Shown in pieces: positions 47,745-55,814 of a stretch of DNA of 64,000 bases (positions within the stretch are counted from its first letter, which is position 1; every line of letters begins with the position of its first letter). This DNA comes from a virus (taxonomy: Duplodnaviria > Heunggongvirae > Uroviricota > Caudoviricetes). The notes beneath the pieces are model-generated. The model searched no databases. It worked only from the letters and a program-made list of their open reading frames with translations, and had not been told where the DNA came from. A program made the position numbers and the translations under genes. Location of the stretch: the IMG/VR virus record IMGVR_UViG_3300034082_003579, one strand, 5' to 3'.

Positions 47745-48052
47745 GAAACATACTTAATAGGGAAGGACAGATATTCTAGCTCGGCTCGTCTCCCGAGATA
47801 TCAAATTCATTCTCATTACTCTCGCCTGTTATATCCGCCATACCCCGATTCAGCCCATACGGTAACCGTGGCTGACGTTGTAGTCCATGTTTCGTATGAG
47901 CAACATCTGCGACCAGACATTTACACCCATACTAACCTAACGGAAGCGATAACCCTATTGTGCTCACACGGGCGGTCGATATCAGGGTTTCGTCTTTTAG
48001 CCGTCCCTGAGTCACTTACCCACATGCTCACAAAAATATGCTTCAATATTGC
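47745..48052. repeat. long inverted-repeat hairpin element copy 1 (14-bp arms aatattgaaacata / tatgcttcaatatt, ~290-nt insert)
   Basis: arms nearly perfect complements; the right arm plus ~100 nt downstream (including a promoter) is repeated at 48147..48300. Confidence 0.6.
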
Positions 48053-48097
48053 GTCTAGTTTTTAAAGAACATTTAATGCATTTCTTACTATACAACT

Positions 48098-48126
48098 ATT
48101 ATACTGCTGAAACTATTTCTGGTCAA
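48098..48126 (-). promoter_or_regulatory. sigma70-like phage promoter TTGACC-N17-TATAAT
   Basis: TTGACCagaaatagtttcagcagTATAATagt; transcribes into hairpin element copy 1. Confidence 0.6.
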
Positions 48127-48146
48127 CTCGTTTGTGCGATTTAACA

Positions 48147-48225
48147 ACACAATATTGAAGCACACTACCCCGGACAACTCTTCGGACTGGGCTGTTTCAC
48201 CAGCTAAAATGTGTTTCAATATTGC
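48147..48225. repeat. long inverted-repeat hairpin element copy 2 (arms aatattgaagcacac / gtgtttcaatatt)
   Basis: same arm family as copy 1 with a ~45-nt loop; followed by the same gcgtYKagtttttaaagaac tail and promoter. Confidence 0.6.
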
Positions 48226-48270
48226 GTTGAGTTTTTAAAGAACGTTTTGTGCATTACTTACTATAAAACT

Positions 48271-48299
48271 ATTATAGCAACATGTTGATTGTTGGTCAA
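48271..48299 (-). promoter_or_regulatory. sigma70-like phage promoter TTGACC-N17-TATAAT
   Basis: TTGACCaacaatcaacatgttgcTATAATagt; transcribes into hairpin element copy 2. Confidence 0.6.
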
Positions 48300-48443
48300 C
48301 TGCTATTTGTGTTGTTGTAAAAACGCAACATACTATTTTCATCATCGATTCTATTTTTAATATACCACTATTATAACTCTGAAGCCGTTGCCGATCAACC
48401 CAATTTTTGGATAAATATCAATACAAAACGAATAGGAGCAGGT

Positions 48444-48896
48444 ATGGCAAACAAAGACTATAAAGAAATGAGCGCAAGCGAAAAGAAAAAAGAAGATTGG
48501 ATGAATTCAAAATGGCGTCCAATGATGGGTTGGATGTACATGGCAGTGTGTATGGCTGACTTTGTGCTGTTTCCAGTTCTCTGGAGCCTGGTACAAGCAG
48601 CACACGGCGGCAGTGTACAAACACAATGGAGTCCAATTACCTTGCAAGGCGCAGGATTATTCCACATGGCCATGGGTGCTATTTTGGGTATCGCAGCATT
48701 CGGACGCACACAAGAAAAAATAGCCGGTGCCAACAATGGCGGAATGGCTGCAGCACCTGCGGTCAGTTCGTTCTCTGCACAACCAACAAACAGTTTTAGC
48801 GCATCTGCACCTACCATAGCACCTGTGAGTTTCAGCAGCGGCGGAATTGCAGCAGGCAAAGCTCGTCCAGCTGAATTTGATCATCCGGCAATTTAA
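48444..48896 (+). CDS. membrane protein, putative holin
   Basis: 150 aa with 2-3 TM helices, immediately upstream of the endolysin. Confidence 0.4.
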   Translation: MANKDYKEMSASEKKKEDWMNSKWRPMMGWMYMAVCMADFVLFPVLWSLVQAAHGGSVQTQWSPITLQGAGLFHMAMGAILGIAAFGRTQEKIAGANNGGMAAAPAVSSFSAQPTNSFSASAPTIAPVSFSSGGIAAGKARPAEFDHPAI

Positions 48897-49137
48897 TAAG
48901 GAAAACAAAATGAAATTAATATACTCAACTATTTTAGCACTGAGCCTTGTTGCTGGTGCTCACGCACAAGACACCAAACCTGCCGAAAACAAAGGCGAAA
49001 AGAAAGAAGTCTGTACTGATGTCAAAGACAAGGCCGGTGCTGTGGTCAAGAACAAAGACGGCACGGTCAAACAGTCTTGCAAAACTATCACTGTGCGCAA
49101 GAAATACGAAGGTACTGCAGTGCCTGACAAAAAATAA
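48847..49137 (+). CDS. secreted small Lys-rich protein
   Basis: signal peptide MKLIYSTILALSLVAGAHA. Confidence 0.35.
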   Translation: MQQAKLVQLNLIIRQFNKENKMKLIYSTILALSLVAGAHAQDTKPAENKGEKKEVCTDVKDKAGAVVKNKDGTVKQSCKTITVRKKYEGTAVPDKK

Positions 49138-49150
49138 GGAGTACTAATAC

Positions 49151-50005
49151 ATGGCTTTTAATTTTAATTTTACTCAACAACAACTGGCACAACTGATTCC
49201 GGGTAATCCTTATGTGGCACAATGGTATTCTGCACTGAGCATGATCTTGCCTGACTATGGTATTGATACTGTGCCACGTGTGGCAGCGTTTGTTGCACAA
49301 TGTGCGCACGAAAGTGCCAACTTCAAGTTCCTGAAAGAAAACTTGAACTACAAGGCCGAAAGTCTAATGCGTGTCTGGCCCAGTCGGTTCCCTTCAATGG
49401 ATGTTGCTCGTCAATATGCCATGCAGCCAGAGAAGATCGCCAACAAGGTCTATGGTGGACGCATGGGCAATGGTACAGAAGAAACTGGTGACGGATGGCG
49501 TTATGCTGGCAAAGGTCTTATTCAGTTGACCGGTAAAGACAACTACACACGCTTTGCTGAAAGTATTGACACACCCGTGGAAGAAATTCCTGAATACCTA
49601 CAGACATTCGAAGGTGCTGTGCAATCAGCTTGCTGGTTTTGGGAAGTCAACAACCTCAATCAATGGGCTGATGCCGGCGATATCCTGACCTTAACCAAAC
49701 GCATCAACGGTGGTGTTATCGGTCTTGAAGATCGCAAAAAACACTATGCACATGCTTTACATGTGTTAGGTGGCGATTCAGCACATCATGTTGCAGAAAG
49801 TTCTGCTGCTGTCAACACAGCTCAAGTACTGCGTCGCGGTAGTCGTGGTGATACTGTGGCTGCTATGCAGATCAGACTAGGCCTATCCGGTGACGGCGAT
49901 TTTGGTCCAGCAACAGAACGTGCCTTAATGGGATGGCAACGTGAAAACGGATTAGAACCCGACGGCGTCGCTGGTCCAGCAACACTAGCTAAGTTGTTGG
50001 CATAA
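49151..50005 (+). CDS. endolysin: GH19 glycoside hydrolase with C-terminal peptidoglycan-binding domain
   Basis: CAHESANF...GKGLIQLTGKDNY GH19 catalytic blocks; C-terminal PG_binding_1-like repeat ...GDGDFGPATERAL. Confidence 0.75.
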   Translation: MAFNFNFTQQQLAQLIPGNPYVAQWYSALSMILPDYGIDTVPRVAAFVAQCAHESANFKFLKENLNYKAESLMRVWPSRFPSMDVARQYAMQPEKIANKVYGGRMGNGTEETGDGWRYAGKGLIQLTGKDNYTRFAESIDTPVEEIPEYLQTFEGAVQSACWFWEVNNLNQWADAGDILTLTKRINGGVIGLEDRKKHYAHALHVLGGDSAHHVAESSAAVNTAQVLRRGSRGDTVAAMQIRLGLSGDGDFGPATERALMGWQRENGLEPDGVAGPATLAKLLA

Positions 50006-50009
50006 TATC

Positions 50010-50450
50010 ATGTGGCAAATCATGTGGATACTGAATTTAATACCAGCTTGGCTATGGCACATACTACTGGGAGTTTCCCTGGTGACCATAGCTGCCACAT
50101 ATTTTCTACGCATGATTCCATTCTTTGGCACAAACGCAATTCAGTTGCGTTTTGCGGCTACCTTGATATTGATTTTTACTGTCTGGATGGAAGGCGGCAT
50201 AGCTAACGAAGCTAAATGGCAACAACGTATTCAGGACTTGGAAGCCCGAGTGGCTGAAGCCGAAAAAGCAGCTGCCGAAACCAATACCAAAATTGAAACA
50301 GTTTATGTTGATCGAGTCGAAGTGGTCAAAGAAATACAGTATGTGGTTCGCAAAGATATTGAACGTGCTGCCACTGAACTGGATGCCAACTGTCGTGTTT
50401 CGCCTCGCGCCATTGAACTATTAAATCAAGCCACAGGTGCTAAGAAATGA
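50010..50450 (+). CDS. i-spanin-like protein
   Basis: N-terminal TM, then coiled-coil QQRIQDLEARVAEAEKAAAE; follows the endolysin. Confidence 0.5.
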   Translation: MWQIMWILNLIPAWLWHILLGVSLVTIAATYFLRMIPFFGTNAIQLRFAATLILIFTVWMEGGIANEAKWQQRIQDLEARVAEAEKAAAETNTKIETVYVDRVEVVKEIQYVVRKDIERAATELDANCRVSPRAIELLNQATGAKK

Positions 50451-50704
50451 AATTTGTCGCCATTGCTGTTCTACTAGCGTTGACTGGCTGTGTTGCTCCA
50501 GTCAAACGAGAATTTCCTGCCATACCGCCCAGCTTGGAAAAGCCCTGCAGTCCTTTACTGGAAGTACCAAAAACTACCAAGCTCAGTGAAGTGTTAAAAG
50601 TAGTTACTGAAAACTACGCACTTTATGGTGCTTGTCAGATCAAAAATGAAACTTGGTTGGATTGGTATCAGAAACAAAAGAAAATATTTGACTCTGTAAA
50701 ATAA
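50447..50704 (+). CDS. o-spanin-like lipoprotein
   Basis: lipobox LTGC; start overlaps the i-spanin stop. Confidence 0.5.
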   Translation: MKFVAIAVLLALTGCVAPVKREFPAIPPSLEKPCSPLLEVPKTTKLSEVLKVVTENYALYGACQIKNETWLDWYQKQKKIFDSVK

Positions 50705-50705
50705 T

Positions 50706-50782
50706 TGGTGCGCAGTGACGGACTCGAACCGCCGACATCCCACTTGTAAGGAGGGCACTCTAACCAACTGAGTTAACCGCGC
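50706..50782 (-). tRNA. tRNA-Val(TAC)
   Basis: acceptor gcgcggt/actgcgc, D-arm actc..gagt, anticodon loop cuUACaa (one U-U in stem), T-loop ttcgagt. Confidence 0.65.
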
Positions 50783-50787
50783 ATGTT

Positions 50788-50871
50788 TGGTGCTCCAGGT
50801 CGGACTCGAACCGACACGCCTTTCGGCACTAGTTCCTAAGACTAGCGTGGCTACCATTACACCACCGGAGC
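50788..50871 (-). tRNA. tRNA-Leu(TAG)
   Basis: acceptor gctccgg/ctggagc, perfect anticodon stem ctagt/actag, loop cuUAGga, long variable arm, T arm gtcgg-ttcgagt-ccgac. Confidence 0.75.
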
Positions 50872-50901
50872 TTTATAAATATAACTCTTAGAGGAATACT
50901 T

Positions 50902-51342
50902 ATGAAAAAATTATTACTTGCATTACTATTTGTACCTGCGATTGCTGTATCTCAAACACCGAAAGAACCTGTGGGCGTCACATACGATGCTCAAATTATC
51001 CGCGTCAGCGATGGCGACACCATTGTGATTGCTGCACCATTCTTGCCTGCGCCCTTGAAACCCGAGTTAGCTGTGCGCATCTACGGAGTTGACACTCCGG
51101 AAAAAGGACACAGAGCACAATGTCCACAAGAAGCTGCACGTGCCGAACGAGCGTCGGCCTGGACCAATCAGCTGGTTGCCAGTAGTGCCAAGCGTCAAGT
51201 AATCTTATACAAGTGGGACAAGTTTGGCGGGCGTGTTATCGGTGACATTATCATCAACGGACAAAGTGTACGACGCGGACTTATTGCCAACGGACTGGCA
51301 CGTGAATATTACGGCGACGCAAAACAAAGCTGGTGTAACTAA
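50902..51342 (+). CDS. SNase-like (thermonuclease) secreted nuclease
   Basis: signal peptide; RVSDGDTIV...VRIYGVDTPEK = SNase Ca-binding/catalytic blocks. Confidence 0.65.
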   Translation: MKKLLLALLFVPAIAVSQTPKEPVGVTYDAQIIRVSDGDTIVIAAPFLPAPLKPELAVRIYGVDTPEKGHRAQCPQEAARAERASAWTNQLVASSAKRQVILYKWDKFGGRVIGDIIINGQSVRRGLIANGLAREYYGDAKQSWCN

Positions 51343-51566
51343 TCTCTGCGCTTGCGCCAAGTATAAGTTTGACCACTTGGCAACTGCCCATCACGAACAC
51401 TGTCTACACCCATTGCACCTACTTGATTAGGATTTTCCCCAACCATTGCAACATAGGCTCGACCTTGAGTTCGTAAATGGTTGGCTTCGGTTAGGGCCTC
51501 TACCATTTCTACATAATCTTTGCTGCATGCAGCACCGTCTGATGCTGTCCAATAAACTTTATACAT
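51339..51566 (-). CDS. hypothetical protein
   Basis: 75-aa ORF. Confidence 0.3.
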   Translation of the reverse strand: MYKVYWTASDGAACSKDYVEMVEALTEANHLRTQGRAYVAMVGENPNQVGAMGVDSVRDGQLPSGQTYTWRKRRD

Positions 51567-51590
51567 GTCTCTCTTCTCGTTACATTAAAT

Positions 51591-51666
51591 TGGTACCGAC
51601 TCGCGGTTTCGATCCGCGCCCTCGTGCTCTTCAGGCACACGCTTCCACCAGGTTAGCTTAGTCGGC
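51591..51666 (-). tRNA. tRNA-Phe(GAA)
   Basis: acceptor gccgact/agtcggt, anticodon stem tgtgc/gcacg, loop cuGAAga; unusual T-loop atcgaaa. Confidence 0.6.
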
Positions 51667-51674
51667 ATTAAAAT

Positions 51675-51748
51675 TGGTAGGTTCTAAAAGAATCGAACTT
51701 TTGTCTGCTGGATGTCGACCAGCAATTCTCCCATTGAACTAAGAACCT
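51675..51748 (-). tRNA. tRNA-Val(GAC) (tentative; C33)
   Basis: perfect acceptor aggttct/agaacct, perfect anticodon stem gctgg/ccagc, loop ucGACau, T arm aaaag-ttcgatt-ctttt. Confidence 0.5.
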
Positions 51749-51754
51749 AAAAAT

Positions 51755-51847
51755 TGGCGGGCAGCAGAGGAGTCGAACCCCATCCCCATTACAGAGAACC
51801 CAGTTTTCAAGGCTGGTCGCCGGACCATCCCAGCTGCATTGCTACCC
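51755..51847 (-). tRNA. tRNA-Ser(TGA)
   Basis: class II, 93 nt; acceptor gggtagc/gctgccc, anticodon loop cuUGAaa identical to E. coli Ser(UGA), long variable arm, T-loop ttcgact. Confidence 0.65.
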
Positions 51848-51856
51848 ATAAAAGGT

Positions 51857-51983
51857 GAACGAAGATATCTTCACTGCCACGCCCAGATAATGTTACTCAA
51901 CGGCAGGGGTACGCCACTTGGCGGTTAGGAAAGGTAACCCGTGTGCATTTCGCACTGCTCGGATATCTTCGTTCATTGATTGG
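51857..51983. repeat. 14-bp inverted repeat (tgaacgaagatatc / gatatcttcgttca) enclosing ~100 nt between tRNA-Ser and tRNA-Met
   Basis: perfect complementary arms; interior has a further hairpin cgccacttggcg. Confidence 0.5.
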
Positions 51984-52056
51984 TGGTGAAAGAGGGACTC
52001 GAACCCCCGACCTTGTCCGTATGAAGGACCTGCTCTACCAACTAAGCTATATCACC
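51981..52056 (-). tRNA. tRNA-Met(CAT), elongator type
   Basis: acceptor ggtgata/tttcacc, D-arm gctt..gagc, anticodon loop uuCAUac, T arm ggggg-ttcgagt-ccctc. Confidence 0.6.
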
Positions 52057-52144
52057 ATATTGAAGTACACTCTTGTAACTATCTCACACTCTAGAAATGC
52101 TTCACGAGACCAACGTCAGGGGTTGGCGAATGTACTTCAATATG
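52057..52144. repeat. long inverted-repeat hairpin element copy 3 (atattgaagtacac / gaatgtacttcaatat)
   Basis: 13-bp perfect stem beginning 1 nt from the 5' end of tRNA-Met(CAT). Confidence 0.6.
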
Positions 52145-52318
52145 CCCCCTGTCCCTAAACAAGGCGGAATATTGTCTTGTTATTCGGACGACAGTCCTCA
52201 GGCCTTGATAAGGATACTGACACTCAGCCACTTGTGCATGTATTTTTCGCCAGTTTGAGGATAACAGAATAGGGATAAACTGTCAGAGCCCTGGCACCCC
52301 GTGTTATGGTATAGACTA

Positions 52319-52387
52319 CCATATTGAAACACACTACTCTCTTTTTGGGTGCTGTCTAGAACAACGTCGCAATGTGTTTCAATATGG
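52319..52387. repeat. long inverted-repeat hairpin element copy 4 (ccatattgaaacacac / aatgtgtttcaatatgg)
   Basis: 15-bp perfect stem, 7 nt from the 3' end of tRNA-Lys. Confidence 0.6.
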
Positions 52388-52393
52388 TAACTG

Positions 52394-52470
52394 TGGTAGG
52401 GGCACTGAGACTCGAACTCAGAAAGCCGGATTAAAAGTCCGGTATGATAGACCAATTTCATCATACCCCC
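52394..52470 (-). tRNA. tRNA-Lys(TTT)
   Basis: acceptor gggggta/tgcccct, D-stem atga/tcat, perfect anticodon stem ccgga/tccgg, loop cuUUUaa, T arm ctgag-ttcgagt-ctcag. Confidence 0.7.
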
Positions 52471-52605
52471 GTTGCTTGACTTGCCGACGCATGGCCTTGT
52501 TGGGCTTGCGATGACTGCCTGCCCCTGTCTTTTTAAGTACCAAACAAACGAAGGGGTTACGTTTGGGTACGGTCAGTTTAGACTTCATGTCTAGCTCCTT
52601 AAAAA

Positions 52606-52920
52606 TTATGTTACTTTTTGTTTGTTTTTAACAGCACTAAACAACATTGACGCACGTTTGAGATCAAAGTTTTTGTGGCGGTACATGTAATCTTTTTTAC
52701 GCTCCGCTACTACTAGAGCTTGAGCTAACATGTACTTCTCGTTAAAATCCATGGACTTCATCATGGCGTCTTGCATGTCCATGACGTCTAGTGCATACTC
52801 CAGCCACTTCTCTGTTGCTTTAATGCTGTCGTAAGTGCTAAAGCCTGCGGACTTGTTGCTGGCGTTATACTTGTTAATAAAGTTGCGAGCTTGCATAATA
52901 AACTCCTTATTGATTAACAA
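52606..52920 (-). CDS. hypothetical protein
   Basis: 104-aa ORF inside the tRNA island. Confidence 0.4.
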   Translation of the reverse strand: MLINKEFIMQARNFINKYNASNKSAGFSTYDSIKATEKWLEYALDVMDMQDAMMKSMDFNEKYMLAQALVVAERKKDYMYRHKNFDLKRASMLFSAVKNKQKVT

Positions 52921-52984
52921 GTAAGTATTATAGCAAACAGCGAATTAACAGTCAAGTTGACTGTGGTATTTCTACAACACTATG

Positions 52985-53058
52985 TGGCAGGCCCACAAGG
53001 GTTCGAACCTTGACTGACAGAATCAAAATCTGTAGTGCTACCATTACACTATGGACCA
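52985..53058 (-). tRNA. tRNA-Gln(TTG)
   Basis: perfect anticodon stem acaga/tctgt, loop uuUUGau, D-arm gtgt..gcac, T arm caagg-ttcgaac-ccttg; 1-72 unpaired (U.U). Confidence 0.65.
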
Positions 53059-53064
53059 ACTGAT

Positions 53065-53141
53065 TGGCTCCCCGGGCTGGGCTTGAACCAGCGACATCGG
53101 CATTAACAGTGCCGCGCAACTACCAACTGTGCTACCGAGGA
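53065..53141 (-). tRNA. tRNA-Asn(GTT)
   Basis: acceptor tcctcgg/ccgggga, perfect anticodon stem cggca/tgccg, loop cuGUUaa, T arm gctgg-ttcaagc-ccagc. Confidence 0.7.
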
Positions 53142-53162
53142 ATAAAACTTTACTATACTGCT

Positions 53163-53191
53163 ATTGTAACTGAGACTGTATTACTGGTCAA
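53163..53191 (-). promoter_or_regulatory. sigma70-like promoter TTGACC-N17-TACAAT
   Basis: TTGACCagtaatacagtctcagtTACAAT upstream of tRNA-Asn/Gln. Confidence 0.55.
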
Positions 53192-53192
53192 C

Positions 53193-53666
53193 CTACTGGT
53201 AGTACTGATTGACATGCTGTTGTATCTTATCGTGGCTGATTTTGTAGTGATGATGCCCAGGACTGTGTTGTCCACGTCCGGAAGCATCAAACCAATTATC
53301 GTACGGAATTCCAAATCGATCAAAGTTGACATCAACTGAATGATACGCTCCTACAGTTATCGCATACACCGGCTTGACAGTGACCTGCGTTAACACTTGC
53401 CTGACTGCAACAGCACCAGCACTAAAGCCGTAAAGTTCATATGGTTGATTCACTTGCTGAACAAACTCAACTGCTGCTGCAGATTCGCGCCAGTTGTATA
53501 CTTGAGAACAAGCTGACTTGCGTTCGGCATATTGATCAAATGCAGCTTGATCAAACACACCACCGGCACCACGAAATCCAATGACATATAGATTACAGTC
53601 TGTGTCGGGTACAGCTGGTGCAGCCGCAGAGAAAAACCATAAGAACACAGTGAGAAAAATATCCAT
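53193..53666 (-). CDS. secreted alpha/beta-hydrolase-like protein
   Basis: signal peptide; GFSAG (GxSxG) nucleophile elbow. Confidence 0.45.
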   Translation of the reverse strand: MDIFLTVFLWFFSAAAPAVPDTDCNLYVIGFRGAGGVFDQAAFDQYAERKSACSQVYNWRESAAAVEFVQQVNQPYELYGFSAGAVAVRQVLTQVTVKPVYAITVGAYHSVDVNFDRFGIPYDNWFDASGRGQHSPGHHHYKISHDKIQQHVNQYYQ

Positions 53667-53679
53667 GTGTTATTTAACT

Positions 53680-53755
53680 TGGCCGGTCCTGAGAGACTCG
53701 AACTCCCAACCTCCAGTTTCGAAGACTGGCACTCTATCCATTGAGTTAAGGACCG
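53680..53755 (-). tRNA. tRNA-Arg(TCG)
   Basis: perfect acceptor cggtcct/aggaccg, D-arm actc..gagt, perfect anticodon stem ccagt/actgg, loop cuUCGaa, T-loop ttcgagt. Confidence 0.7.
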
Positions 53756-53760
53756 TGTTG

Positions 53761-53855
53761 TGGTAGTAGCGTAGAGATTCGAACTCTATCGTTGCAGCCC
53801 ATCTGACCGCTCTCCCGGGTTTATAAAACCCAGCCGCATACCAATGCTCGCTACC
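53761..53855 (-). tRNA. noncanonical 95-nt tRNA-like gene (anticodon loop uuUAUaa; identity unclear)
   Basis: good acceptor ggtagcg/cgctact and T arm tagag-ttcgaat-ctcta, but D-stem gcat/atgc has a 4-nt loop and the variable region is 26 nt; best anticodon stem tgggt/acccg gives UAU. Confidence 0.4.
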
Positions 53856-53866
53856 ATTAAAACTTT

Positions 53867-53944
53867 TGGAAGTAAGGGTGGGATTCGAACCCACGGTTTT
53901 TGCGCTTTGCAGGCGCATGCATTGGACCACTCTGCCACCTTACT
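53867..53944 (-). tRNA. tRNA-Cys(GCA)
   Basis: perfect acceptor agtaagg/ccttact with U73 discriminator, perfect anticodon stem tgcgc/gcgca, loop cuGCAaa, T arm gtggg-ttcgaat-cccac. Confidence 0.75.
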
Positions 53945-53949
53945 ATTGT

Positions 53950-54025
53950 TGGTGCTGATGGTGAGGATTGAACTCACGACCTCATCCTTACCAAGGATGC
54001 GCGACTACCACTGTGCTACACCAGC
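53950..54025 (-). tRNA. tRNA-Thr(GGT)
   Basis: acceptor gctggtg/catcagc, perfect anticodon stem catcc/ggatg, loop uuGGUaa, T arm gtgag-ttcaatc-ctcac. Confidence 0.7.
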
Positions 54026-54031
54026 GAACCT

Positions 54032-54517
54032 TTATGCTGCTTTTGCCTGCATGTCTAACACTTCTTTTAAACGGTCGGCAGCATAACTTGCAGCAAAAGC
54101 TTGTGGCTTAACAAAGGGTACAACATTACACATACCTTTGATGTAGCCAATGGCTTCGTTTACCACGCATGAACTACCGTGCAGTTCACTTGGGTTGATG
54201 TCCAAGTGAACTTCCACAATACGATCTTCCAACACATCCTGCAGCTTTAAATACAACTCTGCAATCTTGTACACTTCTGTCATTAGTCGCATGCGTGGTT
54301 TGTCTTTCTTGCTATCCCAATCACGTTCACGTTGTACTTCACCGAAAATCTTACAACCGTTGTTGCCATTGATGTGAACAACGATGGCCAAGGTGTAATC
54401 GGCAAACCATGCTCCATCCACGGAGAATCGAGAACTGTCACCCCCGATGTAAATTCTAGTACCGGGACCTTGAGCTTCGATGAACTGCCGTACTTCATCA
54501 ATGTCGATCTTACGCAT
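54032..54517 (-). CDS. hypothetical protein
   Basis: 161-aa ORF between tRNA-Thr and tRNA-Trp. Confidence 0.4.
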   Translation of the reverse strand: MRKIDIDEVRQFIEAQGPGTRIYIGGDSSRFSVDGAWFADYTLAIVVHINGNNGCKIFGEVQRERDWDSKKDKPRMRLMTEVYKIAELYLKLQDVLEDRIVEVHLDINPSELHGSSCVVNEAIGYIKGMCNVVPFVKPQAFAASYAADRLKEVLDMQAKAA

Positions 54518-54558
54518 TATAACCTCTTGTTTGTTAGCGTACTTTTAACTACAAAAAC

Positions 54559-54634
<76 letters not shown>

Positions 54635-54641
54635 ATAAACT

Positions 54642-54717
54642 TGGTGCGGGGTACAGGGTTCGAACCTGCGACCTGAACGTTGGCAACGTTCCGCTCTACC
54701 AGCTGAGCTAACCACGC
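54642..54717 (-). tRNA. tRNA-Gly(GCC)
   Basis: D-arm gctc-agctggta-gagc, perfect anticodon stem gaacg/cgttc, loop uuGCCaa, T-loop ttcgaac. Confidence 0.75.
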
Positions 54718-54735
54718 ATTATAACTATTTAACCT

Positions 54736-54810
54736 TGGTGGACCGTGGGAGAATCGAACTCCCGCTTCATGCTTGCAAAGCACATGTGCTACCACTATCA
54801 CTAACAGCCC
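54736..54810 (-). tRNA. tRNA-Ala(TGC)
   Basis: G3:U70 wobble identity pair present, anticodon loop uuUGCaa, T arm gggag-ttcgatt-ctccc. Confidence 0.75.
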
Positions 54811-54819
54811 ATTAAAACT

Positions 54820-54895
54820 TGGTCTCCATACGAGGATTTGAACCTCGACCACATGGTCCCAAACCATGCACGCTACCAGATTACGCCATACGGAG
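54820..54895 (-). tRNA. tRNA-Pro(TGG)
   Basis: acceptor ctccgta/tatggag, perfect anticodon stem catgg/ccatg, loop uuUGGga, T arm cgagg-ttcaaat-cctcg. Confidence 0.75.
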
Positions 54896-54904
54896 ATAAA
54901 AACT

Positions 54905-54993
54905 TGGTGGACGAAGGTAGGACTCGAACCTACTACAAAGCTACGAAGGCAGCATAACTCATGCTACGAGCCGTTTCCTAACGGCGTTCGCCC
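54905..54993 (-). tRNA. noncanonical ~89-nt class II-like tRNA-like gene (anticodon unresolved; possible pseudogene)
   Basis: acceptor gggcgaa/ttcgtcc + A + CCA and T arm gtagg-ttcgagt-cctac are intact, but the only 5-bp stem in anticodon position has loop ugaguua (G33); internal direct repeat tcgtagc x2 and no variable-arm hairpin. Confidence 0.35.
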
Positions 54994-55002
54994 ATTAAAA
55001 CT

Positions 55003-55077
55003 TGGTACTGCATACGGGTTACGATCCCGTCTGGTCACCTTGAAAGGGTGATGACCTCACCAGAAGTCGAATGCAGC
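55003..55077 (-). tRNA. tRNA-Glu(TTC), second copy
   Basis: acceptor gctgcat/atgcagt, D-stem gact/ggtc, perfect anticodon stem tcacc/ggtga, loop cuUUCaa (E. coli Glu-like); unusual T-loop atcgtaa. Confidence 0.6.
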
Positions 55078-55083
55078 ATTAAC

Positions 55084-55159
55084 TGGCACCGTAGACGGGA
55101 ATCAAACCCGCTGCGATCTGATAGACAGTCAGATATCACCATCAGGTGGACTCTACGGT
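55084..55159 (-). tRNA. tRNA-like with GTC anticodon loop and noncanonical D-arm (possible Asp paralog/pseudogene)
   Basis: perfect acceptor accgtag/ctacggt, anticodon stem tctga/tcaga, loop cuGUCua; D-stem cacc/ggtg shifted with a 4-nt loop; T-loop tttgatt lacks C56. Confidence 0.4.
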
Positions 55160-55165
55160 ATAACT

Positions 55166-55241
55166 TGGTACCTAGTACTGGGCTTGAACCAGTGACCTAT
55201 GCGTTATCAACACATTGCTCTACCAACTGAGCTAACTAGGC
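55166..55241 (-). tRNA. tRNA-Ile(GAT)
   Basis: D-arm gctc-agttggta-gagc, anticodon stem atgtg/cgcat, loop uuGAUaa, T arm actgg-ttcaagc-ccagt. Confidence 0.7.
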
Positions 55242-55246
55242 ATTAA

Positions 55247-55327
55247 CAATTTATTGAGCACACTACCCGATTAAACCTTTGCAATGCCATTGCTGATTCG
55301 GGTTCGTATAATGTACTCAATAAATTG
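55247..55327. repeat. long inverted-repeat hairpin element copy 5 (caatttattgagcacac / gtactcaataaattg)
   Basis: left arm and loop start (..gagcacactaccc..) homologous to copy 2; 6 nt from the 5' end of tRNA-Ile(GAT). Confidence 0.55.
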
Positions 55328-55689
55328 TAGTGGTTGTCCCACTACTGTCCATCTTACTCTTGCTGTTACCGCCAGCAATTTCACATCCGGAACCCCGCCC
55401 ATTCGAGCATGTTTAGCGTGGGCTCAAGGTTCTCGTTACCTATTCCACGTACTGCTGAAAACAAAAAACCCTAGGGTTTAGCCTAGGGTCTGTGTAGTTT
55501 TGGATATTAGCTATGTAGCTTAACTATCCCTATCTCCACGGACCCGACTTGTTCCCTCTGGTGTGCGATCACTTGTAATATTCATGCCCGCAAACGCACA
55601 CGCTGACCAATAGGCGACTGTGCCTAGTTTGGGCTGTTGTGAGGATATTTGCGAGAGATGGTTATGTGTGTTCATTTTCATATTAAAGT

Positions 55690-55718
55690 AATTGTACTGC
55701 AAAGACCAGTAATGGTCA
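55690..55718 (-). promoter_or_regulatory. tandem promoter 1 TTGACC-N17-TACAAT
   Basis: TTGACCattactggtctttgcagTACAAT; first of two ~80-nt tandem copies upstream of the tRNA cluster. Confidence 0.55.
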
Positions 55719-55772
55719 ACCTGTATTTCTATTTAGTCCTAAGAAATCACTTGTTTAATTTCTTAAAACATA

Positions 55773-55801
55773 ATTGTACTGCAAAGACAGTTTCCTGTCT
55801 A
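55773..55801 (-). promoter_or_regulatory. tandem promoter 2 TAGACA-N17-TACAAT
   Basis: TAGACAggaaactgtctttgcagTACAAT; second tandem copy. Confidence 0.5.
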
Positions 55802-55814
55802 CCGGTATTTCTAT

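Noticed and set aside
47868-48065. 65-aa ORF inside the 290-nt loop of hairpin element copy 1
   Set aside because: It is on the opposite strand to the local promoter, has no RBS, has low-complexity composition, and its homolog is absent from copy 2
53761-53855. tRNA-Sec interpretation of the 95-nt tRNA-like gene (4-nt D-loop)
   Set aside because: Acceptor stem is 7 bp, not 8; anticodon is not UCA; D-stem is 4 bp, not 6
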